The position numbers and the translations under genes were made by a program. The notes under the pieces were generated by a model. The model had not been told where the DNA came from. It saw only the letters and a program-made list of their open reading frames with translations, and did not search any database. Shown here one piece after another: positions 46,809 through 57,985 of a stretch of DNA of 64,000 nucleotides (positions within the stretch are counted from its first letter, which is position 1; each line of letters begins with the position of its first letter). Source of the DNA: Rebecca billardiae RCC1528 (Eukaryota; Protista; Haptophyta); contig OZ251235.1 in NCBI GenBank assembly GCA_965240325.2, forward strand, positions 1,922,001 through 1,986,000. Direction: 5' to 3'.

Positions 46809-48797
46809 TCACCACGCCGCCGCGTGCACGAATGCGCGCAGCCCGCGCCGCCGCGCGCGCCAGGCCCGCCGCTCTGCGAGCCAGCGCGCGAGCTCGCGCC
46901 GCCGCGCCGCCGCCACCCGCCAGAGCTCGAGCGCACGCGCACACCGGCCCAGCGCCGCGGCCGTCAGCCGCGGCGGCGCGCTCTCAGGAGAAGTCGCTCG
47001 GCGCGGCGTGGCGTGGCGCCAGCGTGCGCCGCGCCCGCCGCCGACGATCACCATGCGCGCGCGAGGCGGCGTGCGGGCACACCACCGCGCCACGGCCGCA
47101 CCGAGCGCGCGCCGCCGCGCCGCGCGGCCAAACAGGCGCAGCCCCGCTGCCAGCAGCTGTGTGCGCACGGCGCGCGCGTCGCCCGCCTGGCCGGCCGCCG
47201 CGGCGCGCGCGCGCAGCGTGCGCAGCGCGCGCGCGCGCGCCCACGCGCGCGCGCGAGCGCGCGAGCGCGCCCTGCGCGCGCGCGCGCGCCACGCCTCCAC
47301 GGCCGTGAGCAGTCTCAGCCGGCGCGAGCGCGCGGGCGCACGCGGCGGCGCGGCCGCGCGCCGTGGCGGCGCGCCGCCGCTGGGCCGCGCAGCGCCGCCG
47401 CGCGCGCCCAACTCGTAGTAGTAGGCGGCGGGCACGTGCGCGCACGCCCCGCGCGCGTGGGCGCCGTGGCGCTCGAGTTCGTCCGCCGCCCGCGCCGACG
47501 CACCGCCGCCGCTCGCCTCGCCCCGCACCAGCCTGCGCACGCGCGCGCGCCGCGCGCCGTGCTCTCGCGCGCGCGCCCACGCGCCGCGCAGCAGGCTGCG
47601 CGCCGCGCGCGCTCGCAGCAGCTCGAGCCGGGCGCGCGTGGCGCGCGCCGCCGCCGTGCGCGCGGCCAGGGCGAAGAGCCAGCGCGCGAGCAGCGCCCTC
47701 GCCCCTGCGGCCGCGTGCGCGCGCGCTGCGCCCACGCCCTCGCTGTGCGCTGCCCAGCGCCGCAGCGCCGCGGCCGCGCGTGCGCGCTCACTCGGCCACC
47801 GAGGCGTCTGCTGCGGCGGCCGGGCGCGCGCGCCGCCGAGCGCGCGCGCACGCGCGCCATGGCGCCCGTGTCGGAGCGCGCGGCGGAGGCGCGCGCCGCT
47901 CGCCGAGCTCGTGCGCCACGCGGCCCACGCGCCGCCGAGCCGCGCCACGCGCTCGCGCCGCGCTCGCTCAGCGCCGCGCGCCAGCCGCGCCAGTGCTGAG
48001 TGCAGCTGACACAGACGCGCGCGCCGCGCGCCGCGCGCGCGCGCCGCGCGCCGCGCGGCCGCGTCGCGCAGCGCGGCGTGGAGTCGGCTCCATTGGCGCG
48101 CGCGCGCGTGCGCGCGCGCGGTGGCGCGTAGTGCGCGCGGCGGCACCCGCGCCGTCGCGTCCGCGAGGAGCCGCGCCCGAAGCGCGCGCGCTCGAAGCCG
48201 GTTGAGTGCGCGCGCGCGCGCGTGCTGCTGTGCTCGCAGCGTGCTCAGCGCGCGCGCGCGCATGCTCGTGGCGCGCGCGAACGCGGTGCGCAGCGCGGTG
48301 CGCAGCGCGTGCACGCGCAGCATGCGCCTGGCCCGCCCGGCCGCCGCCTTCGCCTCGCGCTCGCGCGCGCGCAGCCGCGCGCACGCGAGGCGCAGCCGCA
48401 GCGCGCGTGCGTCGAACACTCGACGCCTCTTGGCCTCGAGAGAGCCGATGCTCGAGCGCAGGCGCGCGAGGGCGGCGCGCAGCACGTGCTGCGTCACGAC
48501 GATGGCGACGAAGCTGCCAGAACGCGTGAACGCCGCCTCGGCCGCGTCGAGCCCGGGCAGATGCGCCGCGCGCGCGCGCGCGCCGCCGCTCGGCGCCAGC
48601 GACGCCCGTTTCGCGCCGCCGCCGCGCCGCGCACCGCGCGCCACCGGTGGGTTGGGCTGCGCCCGGCCGAGCGCGCGAGGGCGCGCCACGGCGGGTGCTG
48701 CGGTGCACGGCCGATGCGGCGCCGCGGCCGCCGGCTGGCCGCCGCCGTGGAGCACGTAGCGCGCGTAGAAGTGCACGGCGTGCGCGCTCGCCGCCAT
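46809..48797 (-). CDS. Ala/Arg-rich protein with periodic Trp, Sfi1-like centrin-binding repeats (intron possible)
   Basis: From MAASAHAVHFYARY, with repeated AWAAWR, LRRWAA, LARWL, VEAWR and LELWR motifs; divergent from RecQ. Confidence 0.5.
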   Translation of the reverse strand: MAASAHAVHFYARYVLHGGGQPAAAAPHRPCTAAPAVARPRALGRAQPNPPVARGARRGGGAKRASLAPSGGARARAAHLPGLDAAEAAFTRSGSFVAIVVTQHVLRAALARLRSSIGSLEAKRRRVFDARALRLRLACARLRAREREAKAAAGRARRMLRVHALRTALRTAFARATSMRARALSTLRAQQHARARALNRLRARALRARLLADATARVPPRALRATARAHARARQWSRLHAALRDAAARRAARARGARRARLCQLHSALARLARGAERARRERVARLGGAWAAWRTSSASGARLRRALRHGRHGARARALGGARARPPQQTPRWPSERARAAAALRRWAAHSEGVGAARAHAAAGARALLARWLFALAARTAAARATRARLELLRARAARSLLRGAWARAREHGARRARVRRLVRGEASGGGASARAADELERHGAHARGACAHVPAAYYYELGARGGAARPSGGAPPRRAAAPPRAPARSRRLRLLTAVEAWRARARRARSRARARAWARARALRTLRARAAAAGQAGDARAVRTQLLAAGLRLFGRAARRRALGAAVARWCARTPPRARMVIVGGGRGARWRHATPRRATSPESAPPRLTAAALGRCARALELWRVAAARRRELARWLAERRAWRARRRGLRAFVHAAAW

Positions 48798-48980
48798 CGC
48801 AGCACTCCTGCTTGCGCCCAGGCCGGCGCGGGCGGGTCCTGGGCGTGGGCGCGCGGGCTCGCGCGTTTGAAAAATCCGGGCGGGCAAGGGCCCCGGCCGC
48901 CCAGTGCCGGGGCCCCCCGGCCCGGGCAAACAGCTCGGGCTGCGGCTGGCGCTCACGCCCGGCGCGCGTCCGCTCCGAGC

Positions 48981-51900
48981 ATGCTGCGCCGACTGCGCGA
49001 GACGGACTGGGAGTGCCGCGCGTGCGGGTACTTCAACGACGCAGACGAGTGCGAGTGCGACATGTGCGAGCTGCGACGCCCCGCCGCCGCCGAGGGCGAG
49101 GGCGCGACCGCCGAGGCCGCCGCGGCCGCGAGCGCGGCCGCTGAAGACGACGCGGCGCGCGCTCGGTACGGCGCGGCGGGCGGGGCGCGCTTCCCGTGGA
49201 CGGACGAGCTGCGCGCGCTCGCGCGCAGCGTCTTCGGCGTGCCCGCGCTCCGCGCCGTGCAGGAGGCCGCGATCAACTGCACGCTCGACGGCCGCGACGC
49301 GTTTGTTCTGCTGCCGACCGGCGCGGGCAAGTCGCTTTGCTACCAGCTGCCCGCGCTGCTGCGCCCGGGGCTCACGCTGGTGATCACGCCGCTCGTCGCG
49401 CTGGCGCAGGACCAGGTCGACGCCCTCCGCCGGCGCGGCGTCGACGCGCGCATGCTCAGCGGCGCGATGGGCGAGGCCGCGCGCCGCGACGTGCTCAGCT
49501 CGATGGAGGCGGCCGTGCCGCCTCGGCTGCTGTATGTCACGCCCGAGCGCGTGGCGCAGAGCGCGGGGTTCGCGCGGCGGCTGCGCGGCCTGCACGCGCG
49601 GCGGCTGCTGCAGCGCGTCGCGGTGGACGAGGCGCACTGCGTCTCCGCGTACGGCCACGACTTCCGCCCGGACTTTCTGCGGCTGTGCGATATCCGGACC
49701 GCCTTCGGGCCGGCAGTGCCGCTGCTCGCGCTCACCGCGACCGCGACCGCGCGCGTCGTGGCGGAGGTGTGCGCGCAGCTGGCGATGGCGCGCCCGCTGC
49801 TCTTCCGCGCGCCGCTCGACCGGCCCTCCCTGCGCTACGCGGTCGTGCCCAAGGGCGCCGACTCGCTCGCGGCCATCGCCGCGCTCGCGCTTCAGCACGG
49901 CGCGGGTGCGGGCGAGGCGGAGGCGGGGGCGGAGGCGGAGGCGGGGGCGGAGGCGGGGGCGGAGGCGGGGGCGGAGGCGGAGGCGGAGGCGGAGGCGGAG
50001 GCGGAGGCAGAGGCGGAGGCGGCGAAGCCGGCGGAGGCAGCGGAGGTTGTGGCGGCGGAGGAGCCACAGCCGGAGCCGGAGGCGGCGGAGGTGGAGGCGG
50101 CGGAGGCGGCGGAGGCAGCAGCCAAGGCGAGCGCGGCGCACGCGGCCGAGACGTTGGCGGCGGCGGCCGGCGAGGAGGAGGATGAGGCGCGGGCAGCACG
50201 GGAGGCGCGCGGGGCACACGAGGCGGCGGGCGAGAGACAGGCCGCGCCGCTGATCGACCACGCGGCGGCGGCGGCGGCCACGCCCGCCAGCCGACCCAAG
50301 CCGCACGCCATTGCTCAATCGGAGCCGCGCCCGCTCGCGCCGCGCGATGGCCGCTGGGCCCGGTCGCGCGCCGCCCGCGCCGCCGCGCCGCGCCGCGGCG
50401 TGGGCATCGTGTACTGCATGTCGTGCAAGGAGGCTGAGGCGGTGAGCGACGCGCTGGTTCGCGCGCACGGCGTGCGCGCGGCGTTCTACCACGGGCAGAT
50501 GGAACATGCCGCGCGGCAGGCGGTGCACGCCGCCTTCCTCTCTGGGGAAGTGGCGGTGGTCGCGGCCACGTGCGCGTACGGCATGGGCGTGCACGCGCCG
50601 CACGTTCGGTTCGTGGCCCACTTCACGATGCCGCCCTCGCTCGACGCGCTGCACCAGGAGGCGGGGCGCGCGGGGCGCGACGGGCGCGGCGCGACACACG
50701 TCCTCTTCTTCGCGTACGCGGACAAGCCGAGGCTGGAGGCGCTGCTCCGGCGCTCCGCCGCGGCGAGCGGCGCGGAGGAGGCCGAGGCGCGCGCGCGCGC
50801 CGCCGCGGCCGCGCTCGCGCACAGGCTGTGCGAGCTGCGCCGCGTCTGCCTGTACGCGCTCGGCAGCGCGGGCTGTCGGAGAGGGCAGCTGCTCGAGCAG
50901 TTCGGCGAGGAGCCGCTCCCGCTCGGCCCGGCCGGCGCGCACCCGCCTCCCGGACTGCCCCCCGGACTCGCGCCCCCGCCGGCCGCCAACAGACCCGACC
51001 AGCCTGCGCCGCACGGCGCGCCGCGCCGCGCGGCCGCGGCCGCAGCAGCGCAGGATGAGGATGAGGGCGGCGCGCCGCCGTGGCGCGAGCGCTGCTGCGA
51101 CCTGTGCGACGCGCGCGCGGCCGGCCGCGCGCGCTCAGTCGACGTGACGGCGCACGCGCGCGCCGCGCTTGCGCTCGTGCGCGAGCTCGGCCGGCCGTGC
51201 GCACCCGGGTACGTGGCCAAAGTCGCCTGCGGCTCGCGCGCGCGCGAGGTGCTCGACGCCGGTCACGCCGAGCTGAGGCACTATGGCGCGCTGCGGGCGC
51301 TGCGGCGCGCGGGCGCGGTGCGCGTGCTGCAGCTGTGCGCCGCGCACGAGGTGCTGGCCGAGCGCTCGCTACCGGGCATGTACGGCGGCGCGGTGTCGGA
51401 GCTGAGCGTCGGGGCGCGCGCGCAGCTGCTCGAGGCGGGCGGCCTGCGACTCCGCCTCACGACGGATGAGCGCGCTCTGTGCGCGCCGCCCGAGCGCGCG
51501 CGCCGCGCGGCCGCGCGCCCGGCTTTGGCGCGCCCGGCGCACCCCTCGGCAGCGGCCGCGGCGGCGCACCCGGCGGCCGCGGAGTTGGGAGCGGCGCACG
51601 GCGCGGCGCTGAGCGACCCGAGCTCGGGCGAGAGCGGTGATTTCGTGCGCGTGCGCGCTGCGGGCCGCGACCGCCACCACCCGAGCACAGCCCAGGCCGG
51701 ATCGGCCGCCGGCGCGCGGCGCTGCGCGCGGCTAGGGCTGCGGCGCGCGCGCGCGCTCACCAGCGCGCGCGGCTGCGCGCTGGCTGACGCCGCGGCCGTC
51801 TGCAGCGCCGAGGCGTCGGAGGCGGAGGAGGACGACGCGTGGTCGGGCGCGGAGGAGGCGGCGGAGGAGGCGGCGGAGGCGGAGGCGGAGGACGACGACA

Positions 51901-52940
51901 GTTGGTCGGAGGCGGAGGAGGCGGAGGCCGCTGCCATGCTATGCACACTCGACCCCGAGCAGGGCGACGGCCTCACGCCGTGGCTGGGCGGCGCACGGCC
52001 CGCCGAAGCGCAGCCGACCGCCGACCGCGCCGCGCGGCCGCCGCCCAGCCTGCCTGGCCGGCTGCACGCCGGCCAGCGCGCGAGCGGGCTGTCCGCGGCG
52101 CGCACCAGCCTCGCGCGCACGCGGCCCCCGAGCGGGGGGCCTTTGTCGGCCGCGGCCGGTGACACGCCGGCGTGCGCGCTCGCGCGGACGGGCGGGCGCG
52201 GACCGGCCGCCGGCTGCCGCGCGGCTCGGTGCTCGCCCGTCCGACCCATGCCGTCGCTGGGCGGCGGGGCTGGCGCGCGCGCGCCGAAGCGACGCACGCC
52301 CGAGGCGGCAGGCGACGAAGACACAGACACAGACTTGGACGGAGGGGCCGCGGGCGCCGCGCGCGCGCGCGCGCCGCGCTCGCCCCTGCACCAGCTTTCG
52401 CCGCCGCAGGCTCAGGGCTGGTCGCCGCCGTCGCCTCTGCCGCACTCGCCCGCCGACACGGTCGCGGCCGGCGCCTCGGAGCCCGGCGCCGCGCTGGCCG
52501 CGGCCGAGCCCACCGCCGCGCGCGGCCACAGCCGCGGCGCCAAGCGCGCAGCGCGGGGCGCGCGCGACGAGGCGCTCGCGCCCGACGCCGCCGACCAGCC
52601 GCCGTCATCCGCCGCGCGGCCGAGGCCGAGCCGCGCGGGCGCCGTCAAGTGCAACCAGCTGCCGGAGACGCGCGCGCGGATCCTGCAGCTGGGGCGGGAG
52701 GGCTGGGCCGCCGGCGCCATCGACCGGCAGCTGCACCGCGAGCGCTTCCGCAACTCGAGCCACCGGCCGTGGCCGGCGAAGAACGACGGGCGCGTGGTCG
52801 TGCGCGTGCTGCTCAACCATGGCCTGCCCGTGCGCGACGCGTGCCCCAAGATCAGGGCGTTCGCCGCGGAGTATGCGCGCAAGAAGGCGGCGCGCGAGCA
52901 GGCGGCCGCTGCGTCATCAGCAGTGTCGTCGCGGGACTAG
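48981..52940 (+). CDS. RECQ: RecQ-family DNA helicase with N-terminal RanBP2-type zinc finger
   Basis: DWECRACGYFN...CDMC, PTGAGKS, LLYVTPE, VDEAHCVS.YGHDFRPDF, LTATA, GIVYC, QEAGRAGRDG, and RQC motifs CRR..LL..FGE and CCDLC. Start at MLRRLRE (48981); introns in the C-terminal part are not excluded. Confidence 0.9.
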   Translation: MLRRLRETDWECRACGYFNDADECECDMCELRRPAAAEGEGATAEAAAAASAAAEDDAARARYGAAGGARFPWTDELRALARSVFGVPALRAVQEAAINCTLDGRDAFVLLPTGAGKSLCYQLPALLRPGLTLVITPLVALAQDQVDALRRRGVDARMLSGAMGEAARRDVLSSMEAAVPPRLLYVTPERVAQSAGFARRLRGLHARRLLQRVAVDEAHCVSAYGHDFRPDFLRLCDIRTAFGPAVPLLALTATATARVVAEVCAQLAMARPLLFRAPLDRPSLRYAVVPKGADSLAAIAALALQHGAGAGEAEAGAEAEAGAEAGAEAGAEAEAEAEAEAEAEAEAAKPAEAAEVVAAEEPQPEPEAAEVEAAEAAEAAAKASAAHAAETLAAAAGEEEDEARAAREARGAHEAAGERQAAPLIDHAAAAAATPASRPKPHAIAQSEPRPLAPRDGRWARSRAARAAAPRRGVGIVYCMSCKEAEAVSDALVRAHGVRAAFYHGQMEHAARQAVHAAFLSGEVAVVAATCAYGMGVHAPHVRFVAHFTMPPSLDALHQEAGRAGRDGRGATHVLFFAYADKPRLEALLRRSAAASGAEEAEARARAAAAALAHRLCELRRVCLYALGSAGCRRGQLLEQFGEEPLPLGPAGAHPPPGLPPGLAPPPAANRPDQPAPHGAPRRAAAAAAAQDEDEGGAPPWRERCCDLCDARAAGRARSVDVTAHARAALALVRELGRPCAPGYVAKVACGSRAREVLDAGHAELRHYGALRALRRAGAVRVLQLCAAHEVLAERSLPGMYGGAVSELSVGARAQLLEAGGLRLRLTTDERALCAPPERARRAAARPALARPAHPSAAAAAAHPAAAELGAAHGAALSDPSSGESGDFVRVRAAGRDRHHPSTAQAGSAAGARRCARLGLRRARALTSARGCALADAAAVCSAEASEAEEDDAWSGAEEAAEEAAEAEAEDDDSWSEAEEAEAAAMLCTLDPEQGDGLTPWLGGARPAEAQPTADRAARPPPSLPGRLHAGQRASGLSAARTSLARTRPPSGGPLSAAAGDTPACALARTGGRGPAAGCRAARCSPVRPMPSLGGGAGARAPKRRTPEAAGDEDTDTDLDGGAAGAARARAPRSPLHQLSPPQAQGWSPPSPLPHSPADTVAAGASEPGAALAAAEPTAARGHSRGAKRAARGARDEALAPDAADQPPSSAARPRPSRAGAVKCNQLPETRARILQLGREGWAAGAIDRQLHRERFRNSSHRPWPAKNDGRVVVRVLLNHGLPVRDACPKIRAFAAEYARKKAAREQAAAASSAVSSRD

Positions 52941-52980
52941 CAGCTACTGCTATGATCGACACTCCTAGTACTACTACTAG

Positions 52981-54938
52981 TGGTTGTATAACCGCTCGGT
53001 TATGCGGGTATAACTCACCGGTAGCCCTCATGAGGGCGGGCTGGCAGCCAGGGTCCGGCTGCCTGGAGGTTTTCCGGTCGTCAAGCCGAGCCAGGCCCGG
53101 ATTGGGCGCGGGCCTGGATTGGCTCAGCAGCTTGGCAAGCCATGCGCGTCTGGGTGCGGCCGCGCTCGCTGGCTGCACCCGCGGCGCGGCGGCCGGCGTG
53201 GCTGCTCTGGTCACCGCTGCGCTGGTGGCTGCTCCTCCTCTGGGAGTTGTTTCTTCCAGGTGCGTGTGCGTCGGCGGTAGGCCGCCCTCAGCCCTCGCTC
53301 TCTCCACTCGTGCACCTGCCCTGCTTGCTCTCTGCTTTCGATGGGGGCGCCTCGGAGCCGCTTCGAGGCGTCCCCGTCTGCAATCTTCTCATGCTCTATC
53401 TGCTTTCGATGGGGGCGCCTCGGAGCCGCTTCGAGGCGTCCCCGTCTGCAAGCTATCTTCTCATGCTCTGCTTTCGATGGGGGCGCCTCGGAACCGCTTC
53501 GAGGCGTCCCCGTCTGCAATCTTCTCATGCTCTGCTTTCAATGGGGGCGCCTCGGAACCGCTTCGAGGCGTCCCCGTCTGCAATCTTCTCATGCTCTGCT
53601 TTTGATGGGGGCGCCTGGGAACCGCTCCCAGGCGTCCCCGTCTGCAATCTTCTCACGCTTCGCAGTCTCGCTTGCCTTCATCGCCTGGCGGGTGGGTGCT
53701 GCTCTCTCCTTCTCTGCCGCCTCCTCTGCAGTCTGCCGTGCACTGCTGTGTGTGGGATGCGACCTGCTACCTTATCTGACGCTACGCGTGCGTGTCTCGC
53801 GCCTGCTTCCCGCCTGCGCCGCCGCCGCCGCGCATGTTTTCGTGCCCACTGTCTCATGCCGTCTGGATCGTCCTTACTCATACAACCCTGCGGGGAGCCC
53901 CTCTGGGCCTCTGCCGCCTTCGGTCCTCGCGCTACCCCTTCGGCGGCCTCGGCCTCTTCGGGCCCCCGGCCACCACCCCTGCGGGGTGTGGCATTCCACA
54001 CCTCCTTCTGGGTGGAGGCCCTCGAGGCCTCTGCCTCCTGCGGCGCCGCGCTCTGCCCAAACTTGCGTTGGGGGGGGGCGTCGGCTGCCAGCGCCTGCGG
54101 TCTACGTGCTCCATCGAGTACTTCCTCTTCGGCGTCTAGGCGGTCATCGGCTTCTGTCGGCGTAGTTGCTCGAATGCATCGGCGAGTCCTTCCTGGTCGG
54201 CGTCGCATCCTGGACGGCTTCGGGGGTGTGACCTAGTCACCTCACGCGTTTATCAACGCGGCCCCCACCTCAATCTACTCTCATGTGGGTCTACCGAGTG
54301 AGTTATGGTTGTATAACCGCTCGGTTATGCGGGTATAACTCACCGGTAGCCCTCATGAGGGCGGGCTGGCAGCCAGGGTCCGGCTGCCTGGAGGTTTTCC
54401 GGTCGTCAAGCCGAGCCAGGCCCGGATTGGGCGCGGGCCTGGATTGGCTCAGCAGCTTGGCAAGCCATGCGCGTCTGGGTGCGGCCGCGCTCGCTGGCTG
54501 CACCCGCGGCGCGGCGGCCGGCGTGGCTGCTCTGGTCACCGCTGCGCTGGTGGCTGCTCCTCCTCTGGGAGTCGTTTCTCCCTGCCCTCCCACCCTGCTG
54601 GTTGCTGGGTGGGCATGGCCTTGGGTGCGCGCGGTGTCGGGGGGGTGGAGGCCCTCGAGGCCTCTGCCTCCTGCGGCGCCGCGCTCTGCCCAAACTTGCG
54701 TTGGGGGGGGGCGTCGGCTGCCAGCGCCTGCGGTCTACGTGCTCCATCGAGTACTTCCTCTTCGGCGTCTAGGCGGTCATCGGCTTCTGTCGGCGTAGTT
54801 GCTCGAATGCATCGGCGAGTCCTTCCTGGTCGGCGTCGCATCCTGGACGGCTTCGGGGGTGTGACCTAGTCACCTCACGCGTTTATCAACGCGGCCCCCA
54901 CCTCAATCTACTCTCATGTGGGTCTACCGAGTGAGTTA
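52981..54938. mobile_element. Second non-autonomous split-direct-repeat (Ngaro/PAT/TOC1-like) element
   Basis: A = 52981-53253 = 54306-54579. B = 54010-54305 = 54643-54938. The order is A-internal-B-A-63bp-B with near-identical copies and no long TSD. Confidence 0.75.
53328..53655. repeat. Tandem array, ~64 bp unit, 5 copies
   Basis: tctgctttcgatgggggcgcctcgga(g/a)ccgcttcgaggcgtccccgtctgcaatcttctcatgc is repeated. Confidence 0.95.
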
Positions 54939-54992
54939 TAGTCGTGGCCTAGCGTTAATTAGCAAACTGCTTTTCGGGCGACGATCGGGCTC

Positions 54993-56510
54993 ATGGCGAA
55001 CGCTTCCGCGGCGGTCAGTCTCCTCCAGCGCAAGTCGGGGCGCGGCGACGCGCGTGCGACGTTCCTTCTGGCGCAGCGGGCTGAGGAGGGCGACGGCATC
55101 GCGCAGGACGGGCGCGACGCCTTTCGCCTGTACACCCTCGCCGCTGAGCGCGGCTTTGCCGATGCGCAGCTGAGGATGGGCGACATCTGCGCGACAGGCG
55201 CGCTTGGTCAGCCCGTGGACCTCGAGGCAGCCGCGCGCTGGTACCGGCTGGGGGCCGAGCAGGGCTGTGCTCAAGCGCAGTGCAATATGGGCGTGTGCTA
55301 CAAGCTTGGCGAGGGTGTGCAGCAGGATTTGGGCGAGGCAGTGCGCTGGTACCGGCTGGCGGCCGAGCAGGGCGTTGCTGAAGCGCAGTACAATCTGGGC
55401 GCGTGCCACGCGAAAGGCGAGGGTGTGCAGCAGGATCGGGGCGAGGCGGTGCGCTGGTACCGGCTGGCGGCCGAGCAGGGCGTTGCTGCAGCGCAGCTCA
55501 ATATGGCCCTGTGCCACGCGAAAGGCGATGGTGTGCAGCAGGATTGGGGCGAGGCGGTGCGCTGGTACCGGCTGGCGGCCGAGCAGGGCGTTGCTGCAGC
55601 GCAGTACCGTCTGGGCCTGTGCTACCAGCGTGGCGAGGGTGTGCAGCAGGACTTGGGCCAGGCAGCGCGCTGGTACCGGCTGGCGGCCGAGCAGGGCGAT
55701 ACTGAAGCGCAGTACAATCTGGGCCTGAGCTACGCGCGTGGCGAGGGAGTGCAGCAGGATTGGGGCGAGGCAGCGCGCTGGTACCGGCTGGCGGCCGAGC
55801 AGGGCTTTGCTCAAGCGCAGTGCAATATGGGCGTGTGCTACAAGCGTGGCGAGGGAGTGCAGCAGGATTGGGGCGAGGCAGCGCGCTGGTTCCGGCTGGC
55901 GGCCGAGCAGGGCGATACTGAAGCGCAGTACAATCTGGGCCTGAGCTACGCGCGTGGCGAGGGTGTGCAGCAGGATTGGGGCGAGGCAGCGCGCTGGTTC
56001 CGGCTGGCGGCCGAGCAGGGCGTTGCTGCAGCGCAGTACAATCTGGGCGCGTGCTACGTGAAAGGCGAGGGCGTGCAGCATGATTTGGGCGAGGCGGTGC
56101 GCTGGTACCGCCTGGCTGCTGCTGGCGGGAGCGCACGCGCGAATGTCTCGCCGGGGTCGATGACGCTGTCGGGCGTGGGAGTGGAATTTGACGTGGAGGA
56201 GGGAGCACGGCTGCTGCGCAGTGGCCTAGAGCTCGATCCCGACGCCAGAGATACCGTGCGCTTGATACTGGCTGGGTTCGCTGGAGAGCGCGTGGTGGTC
56301 TCCCAGTGCTGCATCACCTGTGGACGCACGGGCCGTGGTCTGAAGAAGTGCGAGCGGTGCCACGTGGCGGTCTTCTGCTCGCGTGAGCACCTGCGCAGCT
56401 CGTGGAAGGTGCACAAGCCCCACTGCATCGCATGGTGCGCGGCACATGCAGCAGGGGAAGCCTCTGCCGCAGCTGCGCCCGCTGCTGGCGCTGGTTCCGA
56501 CGAGTCGTAG
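54993..56510 (+). CDS. Sel1-repeat protein with C-terminal MYND zinc finger
   Basis: About 9 tandem 36-aa repeats (AQYNLG..Y..GEGVQQD.GEA.RWYRLAAEQG) and CITC...KKCERC..AVFCSREH...W..HK.HC. Confidence 0.93.
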   Translation: MANASAAVSLLQRKSGRGDARATFLLAQRAEEGDGIAQDGRDAFRLYTLAAERGFADAQLRMGDICATGALGQPVDLEAAARWYRLGAEQGCAQAQCNMGVCYKLGEGVQQDLGEAVRWYRLAAEQGVAEAQYNLGACHAKGEGVQQDRGEAVRWYRLAAEQGVAAAQLNMALCHAKGDGVQQDWGEAVRWYRLAAEQGVAAAQYRLGLCYQRGEGVQQDLGQAARWYRLAAEQGDTEAQYNLGLSYARGEGVQQDWGEAARWYRLAAEQGFAQAQCNMGVCYKRGEGVQQDWGEAARWFRLAAEQGDTEAQYNLGLSYARGEGVQQDWGEAARWFRLAAEQGVAAAQYNLGACYVKGEGVQHDLGEAVRWYRLAAAGGSARANVSPGSMTLSGVGVEFDVEEGARLLRSGLELDPDARDTVRLILAGFAGERVVVSQCCITCGRTGRGLKKCERCHVAVFCSREHLRSSWKVHKPHCIAWCAAHAAGEASAAAAPAAGAGSDES

Positions 56511-57457
56511 TCCGCCCCGATACGAACGGCATCAGCGGCTCTGAGTCTGGCTCCGGTTGACCCCTGGCCCTGGCCCTGGCCCTGCCAGTCCGGTCATAGA
56601 AACCGGGCGGCGTACCGAGAATGATCATCGCATTCAGAGACTGCGGCCGAATGAACGCCCGAAGTGTCCCGCCACAGCCTGGCCCCAAGTGCCGGGGAGT
56701 GCGGCCCCGAGTTCCGGCGATTAGTAGGCATGAATGGCCTGTGATTATAGTGTGAATATATATATATATATAGAATAATTAATATACACATTAGAATACG
56801 CGTATAGTGCCACGAGGGTGTAGTGAATATTTTTAATAAAAGCCTGATTATATATTCATATTATACATATATTATTTTCATAGCTATTTGCCCAGTCCGG
56901 TGACATATTTCCAATAGCTACGGGTGCATCCGGAATATCGCTCCCGGACCGTGTTCTGACCAGAATCTGAAATGGGCAAACACATAGTAAAAATAGATGA
57001 GTCCGCTCAGAGCAGCGCACTTTACCTGGTGGGCCTGACGACGTCGACGACGATGACATCAACATCAATATAACCCTGGCGACCAGGCATCAACGTGCTC
57101 ACACCGCACCATTCTCGCCTGCCTGAGCTGTGTGCGTCTCTTATTATATATATATATATATATATATATTCTTAATCGTAGTCAACGTCCGCACTGCTGC
57201 AAGCTTCGACCAGTACCACGACAGACGTCGAATCAGGAGAGCTGCGCCCTCGTGCCAGTCGTGCCTGTGTCCGTCATCGTTATTTCAATATAATCATAGA
57301 GTACGTTAGTCGTAAGCTATAGACCGCGAGTATATACGTACTAGTTACGTTCCGGCGGATCTTATGCGGCCCGCGGTGCAGGGCGGAGCGCGTAGATGGA
57401 GCCCCGCCGGGGGCCCTCACTACGTAGTGTCAACTGAAAGCGCGCAGATCATGTGTG

Positions 57458-57715
<258 letters not shown>

Positions 57716-57880
57716 ATCATGCATCATCGTCAGGCAAAGAAATAATAAATAACTTAAGAAAAGGGCGCGGGACGGGGGCGGACTGACGATTTTGATGCTG
57801 ATCGGAGGGCTGTTGTCAGAGGACGACCGTCGTCAGTCGTATCGTGAGATCCGTCGCGCGATTTTCCGAGGGGTATACTC

Positions 57881-57985
57881 ATTCTATGATTTAACGACAC
57901 AGGTAGGACGACGCGGGTCTCCTGATTCGTCGGCGGCGGCAGTGCCCGATCGTCGACACGAAGTCGGCGTTGGTCGGGCAGAGCA
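57881..57985 (+). repeat. Member of dispersed ATTCTATGATTTAACGACACAGG repeat family
   Basis: Related copies at about 8503-8537(-), 13830(+), 15555(+), 36221(+) and 57230-57299(-). Confidence 0.85.

Noticed and set aside
48798-51014. N-terminal 740 aa of the 1401-aa minus ORF
   Set aside because: It is antisense to RecQ; only the part from 48797 downward is plausible.
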